Source: Vicugna vicugna (taxonomy: Eukaryota). From it: DNA of 64,000 nucleotides. Below the pieces are notes generated by a model, which saw only the letters and a list, made by a program, of their open reading frames with translations, was not told the origin of the DNA and made no database searches. The translations under genes and the position numbers were made by a program. Below, piece by piece: positions 1 through 12,200 of this stretch (within the stretch, counting starts at the first letter, position 1; each line of letters opens with the position of its first letter). The stretch is from assembly GCA_013265495.1 (NCBI GenBank), contig MU058103.1, forward strand, positions 186,001 through 250,000. Reading direction: 5' to 3'.

Positions 1-392
1 TACCTGTTTACTTATTTAATTTCTGGAGTTGTTTGCAAGAATCAAATGAAGGGGGCTGTTTACAAAGACACTTTAAATATTAGCAGTCTTACATAAATAT
101 GCATAATCTTCAATACTAAAGCATTACATACTTGAATATCTATCCATTCCCCTTCCCCTCACTGAAGGAAGGGACTATATTTTATTCATCTTTGTACCTT
201 CTATGGCATCAATGTCACTAAATGGCATAAAGCATATTATCAAGCAATCAATAAATATAGAATAGATTGTGATTGATTTTTAAAAATTTTTCCATGATGC
301 ATGGTGCAGAAAAATGGATGGTATCCAAATACAGCATATTATATTTTGACATGTCTGGGGGAAAAGAGGAAGTTATGAAGAAATACTATGTT

Positions 393-820
393 CATTGATT
401 GCTGGTTAATATTTAACAACCAATTTCCAGGAAAGGTGCAGAGGAATGGAAGTCCTATTTTAGAATCTGCTGATGTATTTCCATGGTATAAACACTCCCA
501 CCATTATTGAATTCTGGTTACAGTGTGGGAAATTGGAGTTGGAAAGATATATGCACTAGCACACCATTATATAGTATTTCCAGATTACAGATACAACAGA
601 TGTAAATAACTTCAAGAACAAAGATATGAGTAAAATGTAGTAGAAGTTAAGAAGTCATGCATTTTGATTATTTATTACTTGTGTTTGTAACATAATTTAA
701 CTAAGTTTATAAGATTTAATTTGTAATGATTGCTGTGTTTAACAGTCATATCACAAAATTACTAAAAATGTGAACATTGGCTCACATGAGCTGAGGTGAG
801 ATAGCTCTGGTACCTAGATG
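393..820. mobile_element. MER63-like hAT-Blackjack non-autonomous DNA transposon (decayed)
   Basis: Segments tgctggttaatatttaacaacc, tttccatggtataaacactcccacca, agcacaccattatatagtatttcca and gctgtgtttaacag...caaaatt...aaaaatgtgaacattggctc match the recalled MER63B consensus in order. Confidence 0.75.
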
Positions 821-2317
821 AATGTATTCCTTTCTTTGAGATAGCTCTGACACTTTGCAAAAACATTATCCGTAGTATATCATAGTTTGTAATGAAACAT
901 AAAGTGGGTTTTTCTGCACTTCATTCCAGGAATTTTATATATTAAATATTAATATTTGTTTTGCAAGGAAATTTTAGATCCTGTCCCTTTTTTTTCATGT
1001 CTTCTGTCAAGAATTAAAATATCTTTATAAATTGTACACTGATTAAGATGTTCACCACTTTACATATGCATATAAAGTAACCACATCATGTTTTAGATCA
1101 CTGCTGCAACTGTAAAGAATAAAAGAAAGATTTAGGAGGAGGAGTCAAAGTGGTAGAATAGGAGGTTGTGGAGCTCACCTGCCCCCATGAACACATCAAG
1201 AATACATCTACACGTGGAGCGATTCTCACTGAAAACAAACTGGAGACCATCAGAAAATCCCTTACACAACCAAATCTGTGAGAAAGATCCCCACGGAGTC
1301 ATGTAGGAAGGAAAGAGAAGGGATCAGGTTTGGACCCATACCCTTAGGATGGGTCACAGAAGAAGAGGGGCATTGCAGGGGCTCATATATCATTCCTTGG
1401 GACTGAGCATTTCAAACCACATATTGAGCACCCCATATCTGGAGTCTGACATGAGGGAAATAAGATATTTTAGCTGGTTTGAAAACCAGTGGGACTGATA
1501 GCCAGGCTGTAAGAAACCTAGACTCCTTTTGTGAAGAATGCATACAAAATTGCTTACTCCCCAAACAAAGTAGAAGAAGCAGATTAAAACTGCCTGCGAC
1601 TCTGGCTGGTTTCCTGTGACCACCCCAATGCATGCCCCAACCTGAGCCAAGCACCCACTCGAGCCACTATTCCTCTGTGGAGCTGCTCCCAACCAGGGCA
1701 AAGGCTGCTGATACCAAGGAGAGTGCACGATTATGAGGTACAGAGCTGGCTAAGCCCTAGCACAGCATCTGAACGGGCCCAAGACAGTCATTACTCGTGG
1801 AGGGAGCAGTGTGGGAGTGATCTGGAACTCTTACTGGTATGCCAGGAGTGTCCAGAATGGGCCCTAGCCTGCACCAGGCACCTGTTCCAGCCTCTCTTGC
1901 TTGAGCACTGCTATCCTCTGGGGTGAAGGTGCCAATGTTGTAAGGGAACAGAGCACACACTTAGAGGAAACAGAGCCAGCTTGGACCCAACCTTCAGGGA
2001 CTTTGTTCTAGTAACATGGGACCTAACCCACTTCTTCATAGGATGGTATTGGCCACTGAGCAGTTGAGAAGCCCTGGATCACACATGGCTTGGGGTCTAT
2101 CCCCTCCATCTCCAGCCACAATTCCTATCAAGGTGATAGCTTCCAGCACAACTTGGGAGAAATTGTAAGTCATGCTCACTCCTGATCCAGTTCTTCCACC
2201 AAGGCAACTTGGCTCATGAAGACTGTATAGGGATGCTCCCATACAAGGATGCCCCTACAAGACCAGGATAGGTAACTATTTCACAAAAGTTCATAAATAT
2301 AGAGAAAGTTAAGCAAA

Positions 2318-3213
2318 ATGAGAATACTGAGGAATTGTTTCAAATGAAAGAACAAGGAAAAAAACCTGAAAAAAAAAACTAATGAAACAGACTTAAATAA
2401 TTTATCAGATAAAGAGTTCAAAACATCAGTGATAAGAATAGATGAACACAGTGAGAATTTTAATAAGAAACTAGAAAATATTAAAAAGTCAGAAATGAAA
2501 AATACAATAACTGAAATGAAAAACACAGTAGAAGGAATTAACACCAGACTAGGTGATACAGAACATATAAGTCATCTGAAAGAATAATGGAAATCACCCA
2601 ATCAGAACAGCAAAAATAAAAATAAGTCTTAAAAAAAGAGAACAGTTTAAGGGACCACTGAGACAACGTCAAGTGTACCAACATTTGTATTACTGGGGCT
2701 CCAGAAGGAGAAGAGAAAGAGAATAATAAGGTCAAAAATGTATTTGATGAAGGGGGCCGATGGCACAGTGGGTAATGCATCTGACTATGGATCAGAAAAA
2801 TGTATTTGATAAAATTATGGCTAAAAGATTTCCAAACCTGAAGAAGGAAATATATCTAGGTATAGGATACACAAAGAGTCCCAAACAATAGGAACCCAAA
2901 CAGACCCAAACTAAGACATATCATAATTAAAATGACAAATGTTAAAGATAAAATTCTAAAAGCAGCAAGAAAAAAAAAAAAAACAAAGTCACATACAAGG
3001 GAACCTTTTTCCTGCAAAATCTTCAGGCCAGAAGGGATTGACCTAATATATCCAAGTGTTGAAAGGGAAAAGCCTGAAACGTAGGATATTCCACCCAGCA
3101 AGATTATAATTCAAAATTGAAGGAGAGATAAAGAATTTCTCAGATAATAAAAAACTAAAAGAGTTTATCGTACTAAACTGACCCTAAAAGAAATGCTAAA
3201 TGATCTTCTCTAA
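2318..3213 (+). pseudogene. L1 ORF1p remnant (frameshifted, interrupted by a tRNA-fragment insertion)
   Basis: A-rich coiled-coil-type region after ATG at 2318. Characteristic ORF1 segments ggggctccagaaggagaagag, agacatatcataattaaaatg and ccacccagcaagattataattcaaaattgaaggagagataaagaatttc. TAA at 3211-3213. Confidence 0.85.
2754..2797 (+). pseudogene. Tailless tRNA-Arg(ACG) 5'-fragment retropseudogene
   Basis: gggccgatggcacagtgggtaatgcatctgactatggatcagaa aligns at 36/44 positions to the recalled tRNA-Arg-ACG 5' sequence GGGCCAGTGGCGCAATGGATAACGCGTCTGACTACGGATCAGAA; 4 of the 8 mismatches are CpG decay. Flanked by the identical 15-mer aaaaatgtatttgat (2734-2748 and 2796-2810). Confidence 0.9.
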
Positions 3214-3706
3214 GTGGAAAAGAAAAGGCTACAATAAGAAGGAAGGATTTATTGGAAAGAAAAAAAAATCTCGCTAGTAAAGGCAAGTATATAATAAATG
3301 TTGTGCATCAACCACTGAAATAAGCTAATAAAAAGATAAAAAGATAAAAAAACTATAAAATCAACTATCACTAAAATAAACAGTGTGGGATAAATATGAA
3401 GATTCAAAATAAGACATCAAAAACAAAAAATGTGGGAGTAAAAAATGTAGATCTTTTAGAATATGTTTGAACTTAAATGACTACCAATTTAAAACAAATA
3501 GATATAGTTATGGGTCAAAATATATATACCATATAATAACCACAAATCAAAAATCTACATTAGATCCACAAAAAATCCAAAAATGAGAAAGAATGAAACA
3601 CAAATATACCACTAATGAAAAGGTATCAAACCACAATGGAAGAAAACAAAAGAAATGAATAGAACAGAGAACAACAACAACAAAAATCCAGAAAACAAGT
3701 AACAAA

Positions 3707-6700
3707 CTGGCAATAAGTACATACCTATCAGTAATCATTCTAAATATTAATGGACTGACTTCTCCAATCAAAATACAAAAGGTGTCTGATTGGATGAAAA
3801 AACAAGACCCATCTGTATGCTGCCTACAAGAGACTCACTTCAGAGCTAAAGACACACACAGACTGAAGGAGTAGGGAGGAATAATCTATATTTTATGTTA
3901 TTTGAAATGAGAAGAAATTGGAGATAGCAATAATCATATCAGACAAAATGAACTTTGAACAAAGTTATAGCAAAAGACAAAGAAGGACATTATATAATGA
4001 TAAAGAGATAAATATAAGAAGAGGAAATAACACTTGTTAACATATATACACCTAATAAAGAAGCATCTAAATATTTAAAGCAAATACTAACAGACATAAA
4101 GGGAGAAACGGACAATAATACAATAATAGTTAGGGACTTTAACACTCCACTTACATCAGTGGACGGATTATCTAACCAAAAGTCAATAAGGAAATAGTAG
4201 TCTTAAATGATACATTAGACCAGTTGGACTTAATAGATATCTATAGGACATTCCATCCCAAAATACCAGAATACACATTCTTTTCAAGTGCATATGGGAT
4301 GTTCTCAAGGACAGATCACATGCTAGGCTGCAAAACAAGTCCCAACAAATTTAATAGGATAGAAATTATATCAAACGTTTTTTCTGACCACAGTGTTATA
4401 AAATTAGAAATCATAGTAGCAAAATGGGAAAAACACAAACACGTGGAAACTAAACAACTCCCTACTAAACAACCAAGAAGTCAATGAAGAAATTAAAGAA
4501 GAAATCAAGGAATACCTCAAGACAAGTGAAAATAAAAACACAACTGTCCAAAATCTATGGGACTCAGCAAAAGTGGTTCTAAGAGGGATAGTTACATAAA
4601 TACAGGCCTACCTCAAAAAATACAAATAAAGAACCTAACCCACAATCTAAAGAAATTAGATAAAGAAGAACAATTGAAACCTAAATTCAGCAGAAGGAAG
4701 GAAATAATACAGATCAGAGAGGAAATATTAAAATAGAGACTAAAAAATTTTTTTAAAAAGGAAAAAAATCAATGAAACCAAAATCTCATTTTTTGGAAAC
4801 ATGAACAAAATTAATAAGCCTTTAGCAAATGTCATCAAGAAAAAAAAAAGAGAAAGGACCAAAATTTAAAAAAAAAAAGCAAGAAGAGAAATAACAATCA
4901 ATAACATAGAGATACAATAAAATCATGAGAGTACTAGGAACAGAAATATGCCAACAAATTGGAAAACCTAGAAGAAATACATAAACTCCTATAAATGTAC
5001 AATCATCAAAGACTGGATAAAGAAGAAATTGACATTTTTAACAGAGTAACAAGTAATAGTGAAATTGAATTTGTAATAATTAAAAAAAAAACAAACCCAG
5101 CAAAAAGTCCAGGACCAGATGGCTTCACAGGGGAATTCTATCAAACATATAAAGAAGAGCTAACACCTATTTTTCTCAAACTATTCCAAAAAATTGAAGA
5201 GGAGAGAGCATTCCCAAATTCATTCTATGAGGCCACCATTACCTTGAGGCCAAAATTGTAGAAAGACATTACAAGAAAAAGAACATTATAGGTCATATAT
5301 CTCTAATGAATATAGATGCAAAAATTCTGAACAAAATATCAGCAAAATGAACTCAACAATATATAAAAAGAACCATACACCATTCTCAAGTGCAATTTAT
5401 TCCAGAGAGGCAAGAATGGTTTGGTTTCCACAAATCAATCAATGTGATGTATCACACTAATAAAAGGAAGGCTAAAAATCACATGATCATTTCAATAGAC
5501 ATTGAGAAAGCATTTGACAAGATTCAACATCTGTTCATGATAAAAACTCTCATTAAAGTTGGTATAGAAGGAACATATCAACATAATAAAGAAAATTTAT
5601 TACAAACCCACAGCTAGCATCATACTCGACAGTGAAAAGCTGAAAGCCTTTCCTCTCTAATCAAGAACAAGACAAAATTGCTCACTCTCACCACTTACGT
5701 TTAACGTAGTACTAGGTGTCCTAACCACAGCAATCAAGGAAGAAAAAGAAATAAAAGGCATGTAATTTGGAAGGGAAGAAGTAAAGCTTTCACTATTTGC
5801 AGAGGACAGGATATATATTTAGAAAACCCTATAGTCTCCATCAAAAATCTATTAGCACTAATAAATGAATTCAGTAAAGTTGCAGGATATGAGATTAATA
5901 TACTGAAGTATGTTGCTTTTCTATACACTGGTAATGAAAGAGAAAGCAAGAAAACAACACTGTTTAAAATCACATCAAAAATAATCAAATACATAGGAGT
6001 AAACGATCAAGTATGTTTCAAACCTATGCTCTGAAAACTGTAAAACACTGATGCAGAAAACTGATGATAAAAGAAATGAAAAGATATCTCATGTTCATGG
6101 ATTGGAAAAACAGGTAAAATGTGCATACTACCCAAATCAATCAACAGATTTAGTGTAATCCCTATCAAAACACCCATGACATTTTTCACAGAAGTAGAAA
6201 AAATAATTCTAAAATTTATGTGGAACCACAAAAGACCCCAAATAGCCAAAACAATCTTGTGAACAAAGAACAAAGCCAATAGTATCACATTTCCTGGTTT
6301 CAAATTATATTACAAAGCTCCAGTCATTAAATCAGCACAGTACTAGTACAAAAATAGACAAATCCAAACCACAATGAGATATTACCTCACACCTGTCAGA
6401 ATGGCTATCATCAAAATGTCTAGAAATAATAAATGTTGGCAAGATTCGGAGAAATGGGAAAGCCTTAGTAGTCTGTTGGTGGGAATGTAAATTAGTGCAG
6501 CTACTATGGAAAGCAGTATGGAGATTCCTCAACAAAATTAAAATAGAACTATTACATGATTGAGCATTTCCACACCCAGGTATATATCTGAAGGAAACAA
6601 AACACTAATTTGAAAAGATACATGCACCCCAATGTTTATAGCAATATTATTTGCAATAGCCAAGATATGGAAGCAACATAAATATCCATCAACAGATGAA

Positions 6701-6872
6701 TGGATAAAGAAATAGTGGTATATAAATACAATGGAACATTACTCAGCCATAAAAAATAATGGTATTTTACCATTTGCAACAATATGGATGGACCTGAAGG
6801 ATATTATGCTTAGTGGAATAAAACAGAAAAAGCCAAATACTGTATGTTATCATTTATGTGTGGAATCTAAAA
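3707..6872 (+). pseudogene. L1 ORF2p remnant (endonuclease, reverse transcriptase, Cys-rich C-terminus), many stops and frameshifts
   Basis: Start ctggcaataagtacatacctatca (decayed MAISTYLS). Endonuclease motifs tgctgcctacaagagactcac (CCLQETH), gggactttaacactccac (GDFNTP), tctgaccac (SDH). RT motif decayed to LFAED near 5793. Zinc-knuckle region aaatgttggc...tgttggtgggaatgt at about 6430-6490. Confidence 0.95.
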
Positions 6873-7244
6873 ATTAAAGCATATGAATGAATGTAATAAA
6901 AAACAAACAGACTCACAAATGTAGAAAATGAATCAGTAGTTTCCAGTGGGCTGAGGAGGTGGGGAAGGGGCAACATAGGGTAGGGGGTTAAAAGATACAA
7001 ACTACTATGCATAAAATAAATGTGCTATAAGAATATACTGTATAGTACAGGGAATATTGCCAATGTTTTATAATAACTTTAAATGGAATATAATCTATAA
7101 AAATATACAATCATGTTTTACACCTGCTACTAATATAATATTGTAAATCAACTATACTTCAATTTAAGAAATAAGGTTTGTAAAACTTTTAAACAGATGT
7201 GTGATAGAACAATTTTCCTCACTAATATTTGGTTGCATGGGTTA

Positions 7245-7531
7245 TCTAATTTTTAGAATTTATATATAACAGTATGTGAAAAAATCTTGTATGCTAATCT
7301 TTTTATTCATCTCTTTTTTATTGGGATATAATTGACATATAGCATTATATTAGTTTCAGGTGTACAAAATAGTGATTCTATATATATTCTAATTTTTAGA
7401 ATTTATATGTAACAGTATGTGAAAAAAATCTTGTATGCTAATCTTTTTATTCATCTCTTTTTTATTGAGATATAATTGACATATAGCATTATATTAGTTT
7501 CAGGTGTACAAAATAGTGATTCTATATATAT
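7245..7531. repeat. Two-copy tandem duplication, period about 143 bp
   Basis: tctaatttttagaatttatat...aaaatagtgattctatatatat occurs at 7245-7387 and 7388-7531, differing by two substitutions and two 1-nt homopolymer length changes. Confidence 0.97.
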
Positions 7532-7665
7532 ATATTTTGCAAAATGATCACCACAGTGTCTAGTTAACACCCATCACCACACATAGTTATATTTTTTCTT
7601 GTGATGATAACTTTTAAGATCTATTCTTTTAACAACTTTCAGATATACAGTCCAGTATTATTAGT
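7458..7665 (-). mobile_element. L1 3'-end fragment (L1MA-type), 5'-truncated
   Basis: T-run followed by attgagatataattgacatatagcattatattagtttcaggtgtac...aaatgatcaccac...ttttaagatctattc, the reverse complement of an L1MA 3'UTR. Confidence 0.85.
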
Positions 7666-7924
7666 TGTATTTATCTTACGTGATTTTCTTAAATTATTTC
7701 CAATATGTGGAGTTTCGGGGATTACGGATATTCTAAAATTATTTTGGTGTATATTGTGAATTTTTTTTAAAGAAAATATTTGTACATCCAGTGAAAATGG
7801 CTGATGTCAGAGTCTGCTTTCTTACTGCTCACATGTCTTTGCATCCACGTCTACACAGGAAAACTATGACATTGGTATCATAGACCTCAAATAATGTTTG
7901 TGAGTACTGCAGCAGAACTTTTCA

Positions 7925-8150
7925 TGTAGTATAGCAAAAGCTCATGGCCTGTGAGGAAAAGAGATCAGGTTTTAAACCATGTATTTAACACATACTAACT
8001 ATAAAAGTGGTCAAGTTGTTTAATGTCTGTGCATTTATTTCTCCATCTGTGAGGAGTATGTGATAACTTTCTTGAGCAGTGTCATGAAGATTATAAATAA
8101 TGTATGCCAAATGAGCTATACAAAGTCGGTTTTAGATAGATAAATGGTAG
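7925..8150 (+). mobile_element. MIR SINE relic
   Basis: Core caagttgtttaatgtctgtgcatttatttctccatctgtga...gaagattataaataatgtatg. Confidence 0.65.
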
Positions 8151-9294
8151 TTATTTTTTAAAGTCCAGGCATAATTTCAGGAAATAGTACCATGATCTGA
8201 ATTGAATTTTAGCTAAAGAACTGCAGCCCCTCTCATCATGTGAAATGAGCTCTTTAATGACCTTACATAGTCAGGACCTGGATTTCATCCCTCAGGCAAA
8301 CTCTAAAACTGCTTTTAGGAGTCAACAGCAATCTCTTCATAATTATATCATCAACAAACCCGCCATGGAAATCCATTAATGCATCTGCCTTGTTCTTTTG
8401 AGGGGTTAGTAGCGCAATGCTGTGATGCCATTGGAAAAGCTGAAAACAATCTTTACAGTAAAAAACTCATGATGAAATGAAAAGTAATTGATTTGTCTAT
8501 AATTTGTAACATATATGATTATGTTCACTTAAATATATACATCTACATTTAAATATATTTTTCAAACTCTGTGTGCATATGTTCAGTTACCTAAGTGCCT
8601 CTACTTGTGAATCAGGATTTGAACAAAAGATGCATTTTGGGTGAATATTTTATGTAAAGAGGTATCTTTAATAGTTAACTCCTTACAAGTACTTGCAATG
8701 AAATTCTTTTTATGCTATTTAAATTTTAACGCAACTACTTTATGCGGGTAGATGTCCTTTTGCTTTTACAGGGATTTGTCTCTTTATACCTATAGCAACA
8801 ACTGTTCTGTTCTGAGTCTTTGTAGTTTCTTACTTAGAGCACTATGAAAAGAGCCCGACTCCACCCTCTGCCTTTAATTTATCTGGTCTCCAATAGATTC
8901 TCTATATTAGGGGATGAAAAACTTCCTCTGCCAACAGGGCAGATCTAATCCCCTAAGTTTTGTTTGGTTAGGAAAGAGTTTTCATACTGATCATTGGAAT
9001 TTCAACACATACAAGCAGGACATGTATTGTCCAGGGCACCATTGCTATAGGGATCCCTATTTCTTTACTCACTAATGGTAGCTTCTTAGTCTATGAAGAT
9101 TTTATTTTGTCATCTTTATTTTGTCATCTTTATCCTTCACTGTCACCAGAGTATTCCTTCTGTTCTCAAATTTGATCAAACAGATCTGTTTCTCAGAAAT
9201 CTTAATTGGCCTCTGTTAGCCTCTTATACATTTTGACATCCCTTCAGGATCCTTTATCTACCTTTAAACTTTGCTTCCTCAGGAAGAAAAGGGA

Positions 9295-9480
9295 ACTAGC
9301 GTTTATTGAGGACCTAGTGTTTTACGATATTGTGCTAATAAACCCTTTGCATTAATATACATTTTTTGGTCACATAATAATCCTATATTTAAAATAAAGA
9401 GATCGAGTTTAAGTAACTTTGTCCAAGGACACAAGCTGTAAGTGACAATAAACCAGTGCCTACCTCCTTTCAAATATTTT
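9295..9480 (-). mobile_element. MIR SINE relic
   Basis: gtttattgagg...aagtaactttgtccaaggacacaagctgtaagtg is the reverse-strand MIR core. Confidence 0.65.
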
Positions 9481-10659
9481 GCTTTTTCCCTTATCCCAGT
9501 GGAAGGGCAATGGGATAGGGATCCTTAAAACATGAAGAATGTGGGAGTGCAGAATAGAATCAAATGAGCCTAAATGATAAATTGAATTGACCATTTTGCA
9601 TAGCTGTCATGTTGACTTTAACAAGTTAATGAATTAAGACAATGGACAATTAATAACATATTCCAAAAGCACCATTATAAGTCTATTTTAAAAATAATAG
9701 AAAACTGTAACGGTTATGACTTCAGTAATTTAGGGAGAAAAAGCAGTAAAGATACCAGAAAACAGGGAAACATATCTTATCATGAGCTTGAAAAAGAACC
9801 AATGAAAAAGAATACATAGGAAAGCCCTTTCAGCCATCAGAAATGGCTCTCTGAAGGCAGTCTGAGTCTGTAAAGGGATTGAGGACTAAAGATGCTGACA
9901 ACATAAAATATAGTTCAAGATAACAGGCTCCATTAACTTGATATGCTTTTTAATTTTAGTACGAGTAACTAAGAATGAACTTCCTGAGAACAGAAAACTA
10001 TAAAATGTTAGCATGCCTATTGTCATTGTTATCAATCATCTAAAAACACCTCTTTTTCTTTAAGGTTTTTGTTCTCTAGGAACATTTTTTATGTCTGAAG
10101 ACTGTTGTTTGTAATACGTTTTTAATGACTTTTTTGAGTCATATAGCAAGTATTGTTGCCATGCAAACCATAGATGTAAAGCAGAGAGACTAATGGTTAT
10201 TTTTCCTTTCTTTTCACAACCACATAATGAGCACCACCAGTTTTATGATGGGCTAACTCTGTGAGACCCATAAAGATGAATGATGAAGGAGCCATTGATC
10301 ACGGTTCTAGCAGTCCAGCAGGGAAGGCAGCAAGTACAAATGTGTACAATCTCTATAATTGTTCCAAAATACCTTTCATGAGTGGTGTTGAGAAATGCTG
10401 GGGCTAAGAAAGGGAAAGGTCAACTTGATTTTGGAATATCAAGGAAGACATCAAAAGTTCAAGAGATACAGCAGTGTTTGTAGACAAGCATGGTAGGACA
10501 CCAAAATCCAACCTCTTCTCTTGTTTCCTATTTGATGTTTAAATCTCCATACTTCACTTGATCTTTCTCATTTGCAACAGGAGATTTGAAACTTTTGTCT
10601 TAATAATTGCATATTTAATTGCATATTTAATGAAGGATTTAGAACAATCTGAGGAGAGA

Positions 10660-11965
10660 TCTTTATGATCTTGGAATACAAAAAGCTTCCTTAAACAGTA
10701 CAAAAAAAGATTATGAACATGTTAATCGTTTATTTTGTCTTCATCAACCAGTAAGGGAGTGGAAGACAAAAGTGACAGACTGGAAGAAGATGTGAACATA
10801 TTGGTGATACTACATCTGAAAAAATGACTCATATCAAGAATATTTTTTTAAATCCCTCAGAATTGAATAAGGTGAAGACACTGAAAACTAGGTGAAAGAC
10901 TTGCTGGTCACATCATAGGACGCCCACATGCCCTTTAAACATGAGAAGTGTTTGACCTTATTTATTATTGTAGAAATGTAAAATAGGATCACAGTATGAT
11001 TTTACCAGAATTATTGAAACTAAAAAAAAATCCAAATGTTGAGGGGGACGTAAAGGACCTAAAACTCTAATGCACTCTTAGTGGAAGTATCAACTGGTAA
11101 AGCCACGTTGGAAGCTATTTGAGTTTCCAATAAAGTTAAATGTAAGCTTACCCTGTGACTCAGCCGTCATTGCCTGCATTAATTTTCTATTTCTGCTGTA
11201 ACAGATTACCACAAACTCAGTGGCTTAAAACAACACACTTTTGTTATTTTACGGTTCTTTAGATCAAAAGTTTCATCAGATCTCACTGGTCTATGATAAA
11301 GATGTCTTATGTCCCTTTCTGCACACTGTAGGTTAGAATCCCTTCTGAAGACATTCTCAGCTTCTAGGAGCTTCCTGCATTCCTCAGGTTGTAGCTTCTT
11401 CCTCCGTTTTTAATGCCAGGAATGTTGGATTCTCTCACCGTTCTTCCTTCATCATCTCTCTCTGTCTCTGTCTTTGTGTTTTTCTGTCATCTCTCTCTCT
11501 CCTTGCTTCTACTATCCTTTTCTCCCTCTATCTACATTTCTCTTTGTCTCTCCTTCTGTCTCTCCCTCACCCACCATAGCCAGAAAAGTTTCTCTGCTTT
11601 TAAAGACTCATGAGATTAATTAGGCCCATATGAATAACTTAGGTCAATTACCCCATCTCACAGTTCTTAACTTAATCACTCTGCAAAGTCCTATTGGTCA
11701 TGTAACATACTGAAATATTTGGGGAATTAGAAATTAGATACAAATTTCAAAAACAGGCAAAATTCATCAATGTATTAGAAGTCATGATGGGGGTATACTT
11801 GTGGAGTATGCAATTTATGATTGGAAAAGGATGTCAGTGGGGGAATTTTCTGGGATGATAGAACTGTTCTCTTTCTTAACCTGGGCACTGGAAAAATTTG
11901 ATTAGTTTGTGAAAATTATGTATGTTATGCTTAAATATTACATTGTAAAAATCTGTTGTACTAAT
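10660..11965 (+). mobile_element. Old L1ME-type 3' ORF2/3'UTR relic split by an MLT1D LTR
   Basis: gacagactggaagaagat, gtggaagtatcaactggtaaagccacgttggaa and taccctgtgactcagc before 11165; aaatttcaaaaacaggcaaaa...ttctgggatgatagaactgttctctttcttaacctggg after 11735. Confidence 0.7.
11175..11730 (-). mobile_element. MLT1D-like MaLR solo LTR
   Basis: ctgctgtaacagattaccacaaactcagtggcttaaaacaac is the reverse complement of the MLT1 3' end. Also tctctgcttttaaagactcatgagatta...ccccatctca...cttaacttaatcactctgcaaagtcc. Confidence 0.85.
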
Positions 11966-12009
11966 TTCACAGAACAGTAAATACAATAACCAAATGATAC
12001 AACAATATT

Positions 12010-12200
12010 AGAAATTATCTTTATTGGAATCTACTATTTGACAGATGCTATACTGATTTTTTTCTGTTCTCACATAGCTCATAAGATAAGCATTACTAAC
12101 CCCATTTAAGAAATGAAGGGGCCGAGGACCAGAAGTGTTAAGTAGCATAGCTAATAAAGTTTAGCACCTTGACTTAAACCAGTGCTTATACTTCAAAGCT
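12010..12200 (-). mobile_element. MIR SINE relic
   Basis: ttattggaatctactatttg...cattactaaccccattt...gaggaccagaagtgttaagtag. Confidence 0.65.

Larger units (their letters stand above)
1135..7165 (+). mobile_element. Near-full-length decayed LINE-1 (L1MA9-like laurasiatherian type): 5'UTR, ORF1, long inter-ORF, ORF2 with internal deletion, 3'UTR
   Basis: Starts with ggaggaggagtcaaagtggtagaataggagg...gagctcacct (L1 5' terminus). ORF-track fragments MDLIDIYRTFHP, KSPGPDGFTGEFYQT and [14 protein letters not shown] are L1 ORF2p motifs. Ends with ttgtaaatcaactatacttcaat. Confidence 0.97.

Noticed and set aside
1390..2242. Several ORFs on both strands in the L1 5'UTR, including a 112-aa antisense ORF reminiscent of ORF0
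   Set aside because: ORF0 is described for primate L1PA elements. These frames have no recognisable motif and lie in a decayed element.
1115..7185. Target-site duplication for the large L1
   Set aside because: Flanks (aagaaagatttag versus aagaaataaggtttg) are only loosely similar A-rich sequence and cannot be called.
9101..10630. Short perfect duplications (14-bp unit at 9101-9128; 12-bp unit at 10604-10627)
   Set aside because: Ordinary slippage duplications with no further structure.
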